Shown piece after piece: positions 48,818-57,243 of a DNA stretch of 64,000 nucleotides (position 1 is its first letter; each line of letters begins with the position of its first letter). The position numbers and the translations under genes are program-made. Under the pieces are notes generated by a model, which was given only the letters and a program-made list of their open reading frames with translations, made no database searches and was not told the DNA's origin. Origin of the DNA: a virus; the IMG/VR virus record IMGVR_UViG_3300009788_000009, positions 3,934 through 67,933 of that record, one strand, 5' to 3'.

Positions 48818-48893
48818 CAGTAAGATAAGCAGTAACAAGGGATGGAGGTCACTAGGTCTCCATCCCTACCAGCTCCAAACCAGGGACAATGAA

Positions 48894-49226
48894 GTGTACA
48901 AGTGGCTACTAAAAAAGGTTAATACTCTTAGGTCTACACGACTCATAAGGGACACACCAGGGGAGGGTATAAACCCTATGGATCTCCACACCATCGCTCA
49001 ACTCGTAGTAGTCTATAATATACAAGATGGTAGTAATGAAGAACGACTAGTATGTAGTGCAAGAAGTAAAACAATATTCACTGATAATGTAAATGACTTA
49101 ACTAAAACCCTTCTAAATACTGCATCACAAATGCTAGTTGATAATCATAATTTAGCATATGTCTACACCTCGATCTTAAGTAACATGTTACATGTACCTA
49201 CCGAACTACGAGAAAAGCCCAATTGA
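48894..49226 (+). CDS. Hypothetical protein (start uncertain)
   Basis: ORF track; a possible internal start follows GGAGG. Confidence 0.45.
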   Translation: MYKWLLKKVNTLRSTRLIRDTPGEGINPMDLHTIAQLVVVYNIQDGSNEERLVCSARSKTIFTDNVNDLTKTLLNTASQMLVDNHNLAYVYTSILSNMLHVPTELREKPN

Positions 49227-49274
49227 GAGTTCGTGACAACAATCGTAATGTAACCATAAAAGGCTACCGTTTTG

Positions 49275-49570
49275 ACCCCTGACTCAAAAAAAGTGAGACA
49301 AACGAGTCTTTTGAGTCATTTGTCTCAGCAAAGTAAGACAGAATTTGTTATACTAAACAAGTACTTAAACCCATTGTCTTAAAAAACTTACTTTTAACCC
49401 TACTCCCTATAGAATCATACTATTTTGTTACATATAGCCACTATCATAGATAAATATCTTAGTTCAAATATAATAAGTGAGTCTTTTAAGACAAAAGGCT
49501 TAAGCTCTTGATTTCATGGGGGTATTCTGTCTCAGTAAGGTGAGACAAACGACTCAGTTGTCTCGAAACT
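49275..49570. repeat. Cluster of short direct/inverted repeats around an AT-rich core (origin-like)
   Basis: Multiple TGAGAC/GTCTCA, TAAGAC/GTCTTA and GAGTC/GACTC units; GTGAGACAAACGA(G/C)TC twice. Confidence 0.65.
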
Positions 49571-49732
49571 CTTAACGTAGGAGATAAGTGTGCTGAAAAA
49601 GAGTCATAAAGAAGGTCAGAAATATCTCCGAAGAGATTGGAAGATAGATAAGAAACATAAGAACAATCCAAACAAAGGTTATATACCTAGTCATAAACGT
49701 GAGGGATTCGATGAGTCCAAGGTAATCAAACT

Positions 49733-49948
49733 ATGAATAGTAAAATAACAGTCATAAATGATTTAGTAAAACGATTAAGACAACTTGCAGGACCACACTC
49801 TACAGAACATGAAGCCGCAGAAAAAATTAATGAACTAGTAGCAGTTATTACCGGAATGACACACTGGCTTGAAGCAAACCAACCTAACGTGTTCAGCCGT
49901 GGAATTTGGGATGCAATTAATGACGCTAAAACAGCACTAAAGGAATAA
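49733..49948 (+). CDS. Hypothetical protein
   Basis: AAGG RBS; first gene after origin-like region. Confidence 0.55.
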   Translation: MNSKITVINDLVKRLRQLAGPHSTEHEAAEKINELVAVITGMTHWLEANQPNVFSRGIWDAINDAKTALKE

Positions 49949-49950
49949 CT

Positions 49951-50154
49951 ATGAATAACCATATAACAGAAATAATGCCTACTGATATGCCTCAATGGAT
50001 GTGGGATGCAATTGACGAAGGTTTATTAGCTCGTCGATGTATGGAACGAGTTGAAAAACTAGAAGAAGAATCAATAAAACTTAGTACCTATAGATTTGCT
50101 ATAATATTTGCCTATATACTAGGTATAATTACTGGAGTGGTAATATGGGTTTAA
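49951..50154 (+). CDS. Hypothetical protein with C-terminal TM helix
   Basis: AAGGA RBS; hydrophobic C-terminus. Confidence 0.55.
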   Translation: MNNHITEIMPTDMPQWMWDAIDEGLLARRCMERVEKLEEESIKLSTYRFAIIFAYILGIITGVVIWV

Positions 50155-50765
50155 ACAAAGATCAACATACATTCATAGCCTATACACGAAAACATTTTGA
50201 ACGTCTTGGTGATAAATATGGTATAGAAGCACCCTGGAGAGAGGTTAAGATATTTCACTATGGAGCCTACCCTAATTGTGCAGTATATGTAGAAGGTGAC
50301 AAAGAACAACCCACAATTATACCTATCTTCCACCTATTTAAAGCACCATATAACATCAAAGATAATGATATAACTCCCTCATTACTTAAAGCGTTCTTCG
50401 CTGAGGATCAACCAATAGAGGTAAAGAAAATGGCTGTAAAGAGTATAGGTCAATTGGCCTTTGAAGTATTCCACGATAGCTTAGGTGTACCATGTGATTG
50501 GGAAACATTACCCACACCTAACCAAATAGCTTGGAATGAAACAGCAACAGTTGTACGTTATGCACATCATTTAATTGACCGTCCTATAACTGTTGAAACT
50601 GTAATCAAGATACCATGTGAACATGATTACCAAAGGATATCAAGTGATCCTATGGATGGTAGTGTACGTTGTACAAAATGTCACGATGAAATGCTTGGTG
50701 GCAGAGTAGTTGAAGAAACAGTAGATGGTGGAGGTATCAAAGTAACTGGTGCAGGAACAGGGTAA
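50145..50765 (+). CDS. Hypothetical protein with C-terminal Zn-ribbon motif
   Basis: CEH...CTKC; GGAG RBS. Confidence 0.55.
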   Translation: MGLNKDQHTFIAYTRKHFERLGDKYGIEAPWREVKIFHYGAYPNCAVYVEGDKEQPTIIPIFHLFKAPYNIKDNDITPSLLKAFFAEDQPIEVKKMAVKSIGQLAFEVFHDSLGVPCDWETLPTPNQIAWNETATVVRYAHHLIDRPITVETVIKIPCEHDYQRISSDPMDGSVRCTKCHDEMLGGRVVEETVDGGGIKVTGAGTG

Positions 50766-51082
50766 TGATACAAATTAGTAAATATGCCTTCTGGCGTTAT
50801 TTTAATATGTATAAAAAACTTAAAGAAATAGGCTATATAACTCATCCAAGTTGGGGCTGTAGTAAAGAGTTCTCGGATGGATGGAAAGCTTGTCGTGAAC
50901 AAATAGACGAGATATTAAACTAACCAAGCCTTTAAACTATGTGGAGGATTAAGCCGATGATTTATTAATTTAATATTATAAACTTAATTAACTATATGAG
51001 ATAGGGGCTTAACAAGCCTACAAAGACAATCAAAGAAACAGGAGGGGGTAGTACTGCCCCCTCCGCCTCCGAGGATATAAGT

Positions 51083-51337
51083 ATGGGCGACATGGGTGAA
51101 CTGTTCAATGCATGGGGTAAACTTAAAAAGGAAAAGAAAGCTAACAATCGAGCTAGTTCACCTAATATACTTAAAGAGAATGGTATATCGTTCACCTCAC
51201 ATAACTTAGGGGCGCACCTCATAGTCAAACATAACAACTTTGTTGTAGACTTCTGGCCTGGTACTGGTAAGTATAATGTACGTGGAAGTCCTAAATATAA
51301 ACGAGGGGTATATAACTTACTAAGGGATATAAAATGA
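51083..51337 (+). CDS. Conserved-looking small phage protein
   Basis: MGDMGE...AHLIV...VDFWPGTGK motif. Confidence 0.7.
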   Translation: MGDMGELFNAWGKLKKEKKANNRASSPNILKENGISFTSHNLGAHLIVKHNNFVVDFWPGTGKYNVRGSPKYKRGVYNLLRDIK

Positions 51338-51588
51338 GCTATACCAACCTTTCAACCACTATAAGAACATCACAAAAAAGACGACAATGCGTATGGTGTG
51401 GTGAGTCTATACAAAAAGGATCTAAATATACCACCCATGTTTATATGTATGATAGTGATTTTATGTATGACTCTATGCATAATGAATGTAACAAAGCATC
51501 TATTAAAGTTGGTGAAATAGAAGGAGAGTTCTCCTTTAACCTGGGTGACTATTCTAGAGGATCAACTAAACCAAGATGGGAAGAATAA
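51334..51588 (+). CDS. Small Zn-binding protein
   Basis: CVWCGESI.KG...HNEC. Confidence 0.65.
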   Translation: MSYTNLSTTIRTSQKRRQCVWCGESIQKGSKYTTHVYMYDSDFMYDSMHNECNKASIKVGEIEGEFSFNLGDYSRGSTKPRWEE

Positions 51589-51672
51589 GTATGGAACTAG
51601 CAACTAAACTCATGGCTATTACACAACTAGTATGCCTATGGGTCATATATAAAACTGCAATGCAGATAAAGG

Positions 51673-51975
51673 ATGCAAAAGATGAATACAAAGACATTTA
51701 TAAAGATATGGGTTAGTATCATACTTTTTATGGTACTATGGGGTATCTCTATACTCATTCGTTATCCTTTAGATATGGTAATTGACCACCTTAATCCAGT
51801 GGCTATGGTAGCAGGATTATTCATGGGCATTGTTGTTAGCGCACTGTTCGCACTAATAAAAATTGGGACAGATGTGCTAGTGAGGGTTAAAGCTATGCAC
51901 AACGAGATACAATGTCGAGAGTTTTGGGTAAAAGGATTCAATCAATATATAAAGGATACCACTAATGAGCGATAG
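51673..51975 (+). CDS. Two-TM membrane protein
   Basis: Two hydrophobic helices. Confidence 0.55.
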   Translation: MQKMNTKTFIKIWVSIILFMVLWGISILIRYPLDMVIDHLNPVAMVAGLFMGIVVSALFALIKIGTDVLVRVKAMHNEIQCREFWVKGFNQYIKDTTNER

Positions 51976-52159
51976 TGACCGCATTGCTAAATTAGAGAAG
52001 GAACTAATACAAACTCGAAGAGGATTGCAACAAGTATGTAAGCATCATATTGTTCCCGATGCTGACAATGTTAAAGGTAATAAATGCTATGGTGTTTGTA
52101 GATATTGTGGTTATATAAATTACCTTGTTTCTTATAACGTGTACGACAAAAAGGAGTAA
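51965..52159 (+). CDS. Small Zn-ribbon protein
   Basis: CKH...CRYC. Confidence 0.55.
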   Translation: MSDSDRIAKLEKELIQTRRGLQQVCKHHIVPDADNVKGNKCYGVCRYCGYINYLVSYNVYDKKE

Positions 52160-52162
52160 CCA

Positions 52163-52333
52163 ATGAACTACATGTACTATCAATCTAACGAGGATAACCT
52201 TTGGTACTGGAGGTTAGTAGCTAGAAACGGAGAGACTATAGCTAGTGGTCAAGGCTATAGATCAAAACAAGGTGTACTTAAAGGCATCAAAGCTGTTAAG
52301 CGTGGTGTGTTTGCTAAAGTTATACCTGTTTAG
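52163..52333 (+). CDS. DUF1508/YegP-family protein (56 aa, not in ORF track)
   Basis: WYWRLVARNGETIASGQGYRSKQGVLKGIKAVK is the YegP signature; AAGGAG RBS. Confidence 0.8.
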   Translation: MNYMYYQSNEDNLWYWRLVARNGETIASGQGYRSKQGVLKGIKAVKRGVFAKVIPV

Positions 52334-52722
52334 TGTTAAATCTAATACCTAAAGAAATAAAAGGGGAAGCATATTATTATAGATATGAAGATCATTCTTC
52401 TAGCTATAATTTAAGAACATCGTTATATAGATTTAGAGTAGTTAAAACTACACTACGTGGAGTATGGATAAAACTCTCTTATGGTGAGAAAGATAGGTTT
52501 ATACTTAATAACGCTCGTAAACGTTATGCATATCCCACTAAAGAATTAGCCTGGGAGTCATTCAAAATACGTAAAGCCTGGCGCGTTATGCATCTTGAAT
52601 CACAATTAAATTATGCAAGACAAATTGGATCAGCAGTAGTAAACATAAAGGAGCCACCAAATGACCACAAAGATTACGGACTATACATTAGACTTAGAGA
52701 CGATGGGGACGACATCTACTAG
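52333..52722 (+). CDS. Hypothetical phage protein
   Basis: VVKTT..GVWI...KRYAYPTKELAWESF motif. Confidence 0.65.
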   Translation: MLNLIPKEIKGEAYYYRYEDHSSSYNLRTSLYRFRVVKTTLRGVWIKLSYGEKDRFILNNARKRYAYPTKELAWESFKIRKAWRVMHLESQLNYARQIGSAVVNIKEPPNDHKDYGLYIRLRDDGDDIY

Positions 52723-53218
52723 TGTTATAGCCTCCATAGGTGCAGTAGCGTTCGATAGAAACTGGGAATCATTTGATAAAGACTCATGTGCAGCGTTCTA
52801 TGTAAATGTAGATATACAAGACTGTTTAAATCGTGGTCTTACTGTTGATGGTAACACACTTCAATGGTGGATGTGCCAATCTGAAGAAGCACGTTTAGCA
52901 CTATTTACACCTAAACCTGTAACGTTACATACTGGGTTAGATAAACTTGCTAAATGGGTTAAAGACATAGGTGGACGTAATATACCTTGTTGGACACATG
53001 CTACCTTCGACGCACCTATCTTAGGATATGCAGCAACTAAATGTGGTAAGAACCTACATAATATAACATCATTCAAATGCCAAAGAGATATACGTACATT
53101 AAATGAATTAAAAAGATTCTATAAAGTTGAAAGAAAAGGAGTACATCATAACGCTCTAGGTGATGCGCTCTTTCAGGCTGAATACATCTGGGGCTTACTA
53201 AACAACAAAGGAAACTAA
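52661..53218 (+). CDS. DEDDh 3'-5' exonuclease (exoribonuclease-like)
   Basis: LDLETMG, TFD, RDIRT and HHNALGDA motifs. Confidence 0.85.
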   Translation: MTTKITDYTLDLETMGTTSTSVIASIGAVAFDRNWESFDKDSCAAFYVNVDIQDCLNRGLTVDGNTLQWWMCQSEEARLALFTPKPVTLHTGLDKLAKWVKDIGGRNIPCWTHATFDAPILGYAATKCGKNLHNITSFKCQRDIRTLNELKRFYKVERKGVHHNALGDALFQAEYIWGLLNNKGN

Positions 53219-53222
53219 GTCA

Positions 53223-53402
53223 ATGAAGCTGTTTGAAATTGCAATTGTCCAGAAAGCTGAGGATGGTGAACATATCCTCAAACTTGATCACACTCAATTC
53301 CTGGCAAAAAGTGAGGTTGAGGCACGTACTGAGGCAGCACGTTTGATTCCTACTGGTATCTCATCAAATGATGTTAAGATTTATGTCCGACCTTTTGTCT
53401 AG
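53223..53402 (+). CDS. Small protein ending VRPFV (59 aa, not in ORF track); candidate frameshift donor
   Basis: AAGGA RBS; MKLFEIAIVQK...KIYVRPFV. Confidence 0.7.
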   Translation: MKLFEIAIVQKAEDGEHILKLDHTQFLAKSEVEARTEAARLIPTGISSNDVKIYVRPFV

Positions 53403-53437
53403 GGGTTGCTGATTGGGGTAGTATATTAGCAGCCCAT

Positions 53438-53809
53438 ATGAGAAATTTTGAAGGTTCTTCATGGACTGATCAATTAGACGCATGTTCCTATGCTGTAACC
53501 ATCGAACAAGTTAGAAAAGAAATGCATGAAAAAGGTGGTATGCTATACAATAATGAAAACGAGTGGAGTAATTCAGATAAAAAGATCTTAAAATCAAGGC
53601 AAATTAAAAGTACTTTAACAGGTAGGTTCCATACCAAAGCAGGACAATTCTGGACAAAAGATGATGAAAAATGTCTAAAAGTAATGTTTCAAAATGGTAA
53701 GTCACGACATAACATTGCTAAACGTCTACAACGTACCCTTGGTGCAATTGAAGCAAGACTAATGAAACTTGAACTTATAGACAATCCACATAAACAAAAA
53801 AGGTATTAA
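53438..53809 (+). CDS. Myb/SANT-like HTH protein (possibly C-terminal part of a frameshift fusion)
   Basis: WTKDDEKCLKVMF..G.S...IAKRLQRTLGAIEARL; no clear RBS before ATG. Confidence 0.7.
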   Translation: MRNFEGSSWTDQLDACSYAVTIEQVRKEMHEKGGMLYNNENEWSNSDKKILKSRQIKSTLTGRFHTKAGQFWTKDDEKCLKVMFQNGKSRHNIAKRLQRTLGAIEARLMKLELIDNPHKQKRY

Positions 53810-53829
53810 AGAAGGAAGTCGCTTTGCCA

Positions 53830-54239
53830 AGTTACAGACTGACTGAGATAACAAGCTAACTTGGGAGTAAAGTACTGCTCAAAAAAGACTTAGGAAAGCT
53901 TGGAAGTAAGCTATTCAACTTAGACATTCAAAGAACAGTTGACAATTGAGCCTGCCCTTTATGGCAAACAGATTAGGTCTGTTGGCTCACAAGTAGAGTC
54001 GAGAAGTCAACCGGCGTATGGAGTCCGTTCTACTGCTCCTTAAGTAGTTATGGTGTTCTGCTTAACCTTTTTACGACACGATTCTAATAAAGTGGATAGT
54101 AACTTTAAAGGCAACTAAAAACACCTAAATCAATAGGCGTAGCAGTTATGGGACTCCTGCAAGTACAAGTGAATGTGTCAGGCCGGTAAGAACGGTGAGG
54201 CTTCTGGAGTGGAGTATCTCCACACAAACAGATGTAACT
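53830..54239 (+). ncRNA. Large structured non-coding RNA, ROOL-like candidate (~410 nt)
   Basis: No ORF in the track across a 556-bp gap; closing stem AGTTACA/TGTAACT plus about ten internal 5-7 bp complementary pairs, some crossing. Confidence 0.7.
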
Positions 54240-54262
54240 CTCAAAATTATTTAGATAGTGTA

Positions 54263-54280
54263 GCGAACTATTCGCCTTTT
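54263..54280 (+). terminator. Weak terminator-like hairpin after the ncRNA
   Basis: GCGAA-cta-TTCGC then CTTTT. Confidence 0.35.
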
Positions 54281-54365
54281 AATTGAGTAGGTGGACCTCC
54301 TGAAAAGTCCCCCTCCCTACCCACCTGCTCTATCATGATAATGGGGAGGGGGGCACTTAAAGGAA

Positions 54366-54836
54366 ATGGAAATGGAAATTGATACTACTCTTAAACCTAT
54401 AGCTATGATAGATGGAGCCAATCCTACAGAAGTTATGTACTTTGGCACTGTCATGGAAGCTCAAGACTTCGTTGAAAAAGCTTCTAGTGATAGCGACACC
54501 ATAACCAGAGCACATATCTATAGTTTATACTCTGTAGGTGAACCTGTACGATCCTTTGGATGGAAATTACAGACTGATACAGCTACTAATTTACGAGAAA
54601 CAGGTAAAGTTAAACCTGCTCGTAAAGGTGGATGGACAGTAAGAGAAGAAGATTTACTAAGAGCAGCCGTTAAAGATGGACTTGGTAATTCTGCTATTGC
54701 TAAACAACTTCATAGAAGTGTGGGTTCTGTATACCAAAAATCTGTTAAACTTGGTATTAAAGGTGGTGAAAAAAAACCTAGAACAGCTAGACAACAAATT
54801 GAAGACTTAAAGAACAAACCTAAAAATATATGGTGA
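54366..54836 (+). CDS. Myb/SANT-like HTH protein
   Basis: WTVREEDLLRAAVKDG....IAKQLHRSVGSVYQKSVKLGI; AAGGA RBS. Confidence 0.7.
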   Translation: MEMEIDTTLKPIAMIDGANPTEVMYFGTVMEAQDFVEKASSDSDTITRAHIYSLYSVGEPVRSFGWKLQTDTATNLRETGKVKPARKGGWTVREEDLLRAAVKDGLGNSAIAKQLHRSVGSVYQKSVKLGIKGGEKKPRTARQQIEDLKNKPKNIW

Positions 54837-55234
54837 GGCATACAAGTATGGAAAATGAAGTTGGTTTTGAATCTACTTTAGTTGGTAAAGTAATAACCAA
54901 TATAATAGGTAAAGAAGGTGATCATGAAATGACCTTCACAACAAATCGAGGGGATAGATATCAACTATATCACATAGTCAATTGTTGTAATAGTGTTGTC
55001 CTAGAAGATATATGTGGTGATCTAGATGATCTACTAAATTCTCCTATTGTAGAAGCACAAGAAGTAACTAACCAAGATGATGACCCAATGGAAGAACCAG
55101 AATCATATGATTCACATACCTGGACCTTCTATAAATTAGCCACTATAAAGGGTTGGGTAACTCTAAGATGGTTAGGAACCTCTAATGGTTACTACTCAGA
55201 AAATGTTGGCTTCCAAAAATTACCAACTGGCTGA
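54830..55234 (+). CDS. Conserved-looking phage protein
   Basis: CC..V.LEDICGDLDDL, WTFYKLAT.KG.VTLRW.G.SNGYYSE motifs; true start may be the second Met. Confidence 0.7.
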   Translation: MVRHTSMENEVGFESTLVGKVITNIIGKEGDHEMTFTTNRGDRYQLYHIVNCCNSVVLEDICGDLDDLLNSPIVEAQEVTNQDDDPMEEPESYDSHTWTFYKLATIKGWVTLRWLGTSNGYYSENVGFQKLPTG

Positions 55235-55430
55235 GGAATCCTAGACACAGGAATCTTAGACTCAGACTTAGTAGAAGCCTCAGTTTTCATGCAAGGGCAT
55301 TCCCCAACAAACGCTTTAGGACGTTCTAAAGGAACCCTTCGATTACACATTATGCAAAATACGGTTTTCATAGGTGTAGTATACTACTATATATCGCCAC
55401 CCGCAACAGAAACTAACTAAGGTATCTAAA

Positions 55431-55709
55431 ATGCAATATTGTGTTATTTCTATAAATGCCAAAATGCAAGTGATTGCTTTTGGCCCCTTCGGTAAGCTAG
55501 TCACTGCTAAAACCTTCAAACGAAAACTAGCTGTTAAATTCCCTCATCCAACTCATATAGTACTCAACTTTCAAGACCCTTCTGAAATACGTAAGATTAG
55601 ACTTGATGAAGAAGAATGTAAACACTTAGGAGCAATACTTACAAGGGATAGAGTTTCAGGACAAAATAAACCTTATTGTAATACTTGTGAAAGATTCGTT
55701 GAAAAATAA
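55431..55709 (+). CDS. Hypothetical protein
   Basis: AAGG RBS; C-terminal CKH...CNTC. Confidence 0.55.
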   Translation: MQYCVISINAKMQVIAFGPFGKLVTAKTFKRKLAVKFPHPTHIVLNFQDPSEIRKIRLDEEECKHLGAILTRDRVSGQNKPYCNTCERFVEK

Positions 55710-55887
55710 TGGACATAAAATATATGGTTTATATCGTAATGATGTAGGACTATGGTTTGCTGGATTTGATAAAACAACTCTAGATCCATTATTTAGTAGT
55801 TCTAAAATAGTTACCTTTAACTCTTTAATAAAAGCAGAAGCTCAATCTTATTTATTATGGCTGAAAGAGAAGCATACAAAATTATGA
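55687..55887 (+). CDS. Hypothetical protein
   Basis: ORF tiling in operon; start uncertain. Confidence 0.4.
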   Translation: MKDSLKNNGHKIYGLYRNDVGLWFAGFDKTTLDPLFSSSKIVTFNSLIKAEAQSYLLWLKEKHTKL

Positions 55888-56016
55888 TTAAACTATTCGA
55901 AAACGATGATATAAGTTTTTGGAAAGTTAAACACATAGCAAATGCCCTAAAAAAAGAGGGCTTCCCCGCTACAGCAAAGTTCATTAGTGAAGTAGCAACC
56001 CTTATGGAGGATAAAT

Positions 56017-56271
56017 ATGTCTGATGATGATTTTAAAGTAGCTAAAGATTATAAAATACTGGTGTTAACACATACTTTCCCTGGATACTATGGTAGAGCT
56101 GATACAATCAGAGAAGCTAAAAAGAATTGTCTAAGTGAAGTAGGTGATAAATCTAAGTATAAAGATCTTTGTATTGCCTTCCTTGCTCACAAAGACGTTG
56201 AAGTAACAGGTATGGGAGCTTGGCGTAGACCAGCTAATATACCCGATCCAGTTAGACTAGGTAAAGTATAA
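56017..56271 (+). CDS. Hypothetical protein
   Basis: GGAGG RBS. Confidence 0.6.
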   Translation: MSDDDFKVAKDYKILVLTHTFPGYYGRADTIREAKKNCLSEVGDKSKYKDLCIAFLAHKDVEVTGMGAWRRPANIPDPVRLGKV

Positions 56272-56504
56272 TGAATGAAGCAAACGAACATCGTAAATTC
56301 AAAGAACTATTTAATACTAATATAACTTTCAGAGATAACCTATTATCAGGTATCACTAAAAGTTATAGAATAGATATAATAGCTTTAGATGAATGGTTAA
56401 TACATACACATGGTTATTGTATAGAAGAACATGGCTCTACTAAAGATTTTATTACTGATTACTTCAGTAAGGAAGCGGCAGAATTTGTCAAACAAAGACT
56501 ATGA
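56271..56504 (+). CDS. Hypothetical protein
   Basis: TAATG coupling. Confidence 0.6.
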   Translation: MNEANEHRKFKELFNTNITFRDNLLSGITKSYRIDIIALDEWLIHTHGYCIEEHGSTKDFITDYFSKEAAEFVKQRL

Positions 56505-56692
56505 GACATATACTCATTGTAAAAAAGAATGAAACAACTGATAAATGGATGTGGAAATTCATACGTCTATCTAAACCAAACTTAGTTCTATGCCAAAGTC
56601 TTGTAAAATATCATACAGCAGAAAACGCACACGGACACTTCTTTGAAATCGCACAAGAAATCAGTGACTTCATTAACCAAAAAGAAAGGTAG
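56501..56692 (+). CDS. Divergent DUF1508/YegP-like protein
   Basis: KWMWKFI...NLVLCQS..KY.T.ENA pattern. Confidence 0.45.
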   Translation: MRHILIVKKNETTDKWMWKFIRLSKPNLVLCQSLVKYHTAENAHGHFFEIAQEISDFINQKER

Positions 56693-57050
56693 GGCCATAC
56701 GTGGTCATAAAGCTTCTCTTATTATAATAAATGATCCTTATATGCCTATAAAGAAAGCCACTCAAAGTCAACAAGCACAAAAAACAGCCCTTAAACTATT
56801 TGCTCAAGGTTATAGACCACTTAAAAATACTGCTTTCCCTCGAATTGGTATGTTTAACTATGGTAAAATACGTAAGAGATTTTCTATTATTACCCCTCTT
56901 GTACTTAATCAATGTGCTGGAGTACATGCTTACACTATAGATCGTAAAGATGTACCAAATGATGTGTATTATTCATTAATTAGATTAAGTAATAATGCCA
57001 CTATTAAAACTTATAAAATATTATGTGATCAAATAAATGAAATATCGTAG
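56643..57050 (+). CDS. Hypothetical protein containing the repeated AL.L..GY module
   Basis: KTALKLFAQGYRP; start uncertain. Confidence 0.5.
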   Translation: MKSHKKSVTSLTKKKGRAIRGHKASLIIINDPYMPIKKATQSQQAQKTALKLFAQGYRPLKNTAFPRIGMFNYGKIRKRFSIITPLVLNQCAGVHAYTIDRKDVPNDVYYSLIRLSNNATIKTYKILCDQINEIS

Positions 57051-57243
57051 AGGGCAAGTACGCAAAGAAAATAGAGGTTATGCAGTTAAAATATACACCT
57101 GTATACTAACTCAAGATAATGAAAAAGTAGCTAAACTATATGCTGATACTCCAGAAAAATGTAGTAAATTAGCTCATGGAATAATGGCATATCTAAAACT
57201 ATTAGAAAAACAGGAAAAAAGACGTGAATCATCAAGTATATAG
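57037..57243 (+). CDS. Hypothetical protein
   Basis: ORF tiling in operon. Confidence 0.5.
   Translation: MKYRRGQVRKENRGYAVKIYTCILTQDNEKVAKLYADTPEKCSKLAHGIMAYLKLLEKQEKRRESSSI

Noticed and set aside
44088-49995. Minus-strand ORFs in the early region (e.g. 44788-45108, 48050-48307, 49486-49671)
   Set aside because: Antisense shadows of + strand genes or of the origin-like repeats; no supporting signals.
51040-51064. GC-rich hairpin GGAGGGGGTA/TGCCCCCTCC as terminator
   Set aside because: No U tract on either strand; function cannot be supported.
53830-54239. tmRNA, RNase P RNA or group I intron as the identity of the large RNA
   Set aside because: No tRNA-like ends or tag ORF, no RNase P P4 pairing, and flanking genes do not look like split exons; a covariance search is still needed.
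54285-54354. HDV-like/theta ribozyme
   Set aside because: A CTCCT loop is present but the strand order and J4/2 element do not match the HDV fold.
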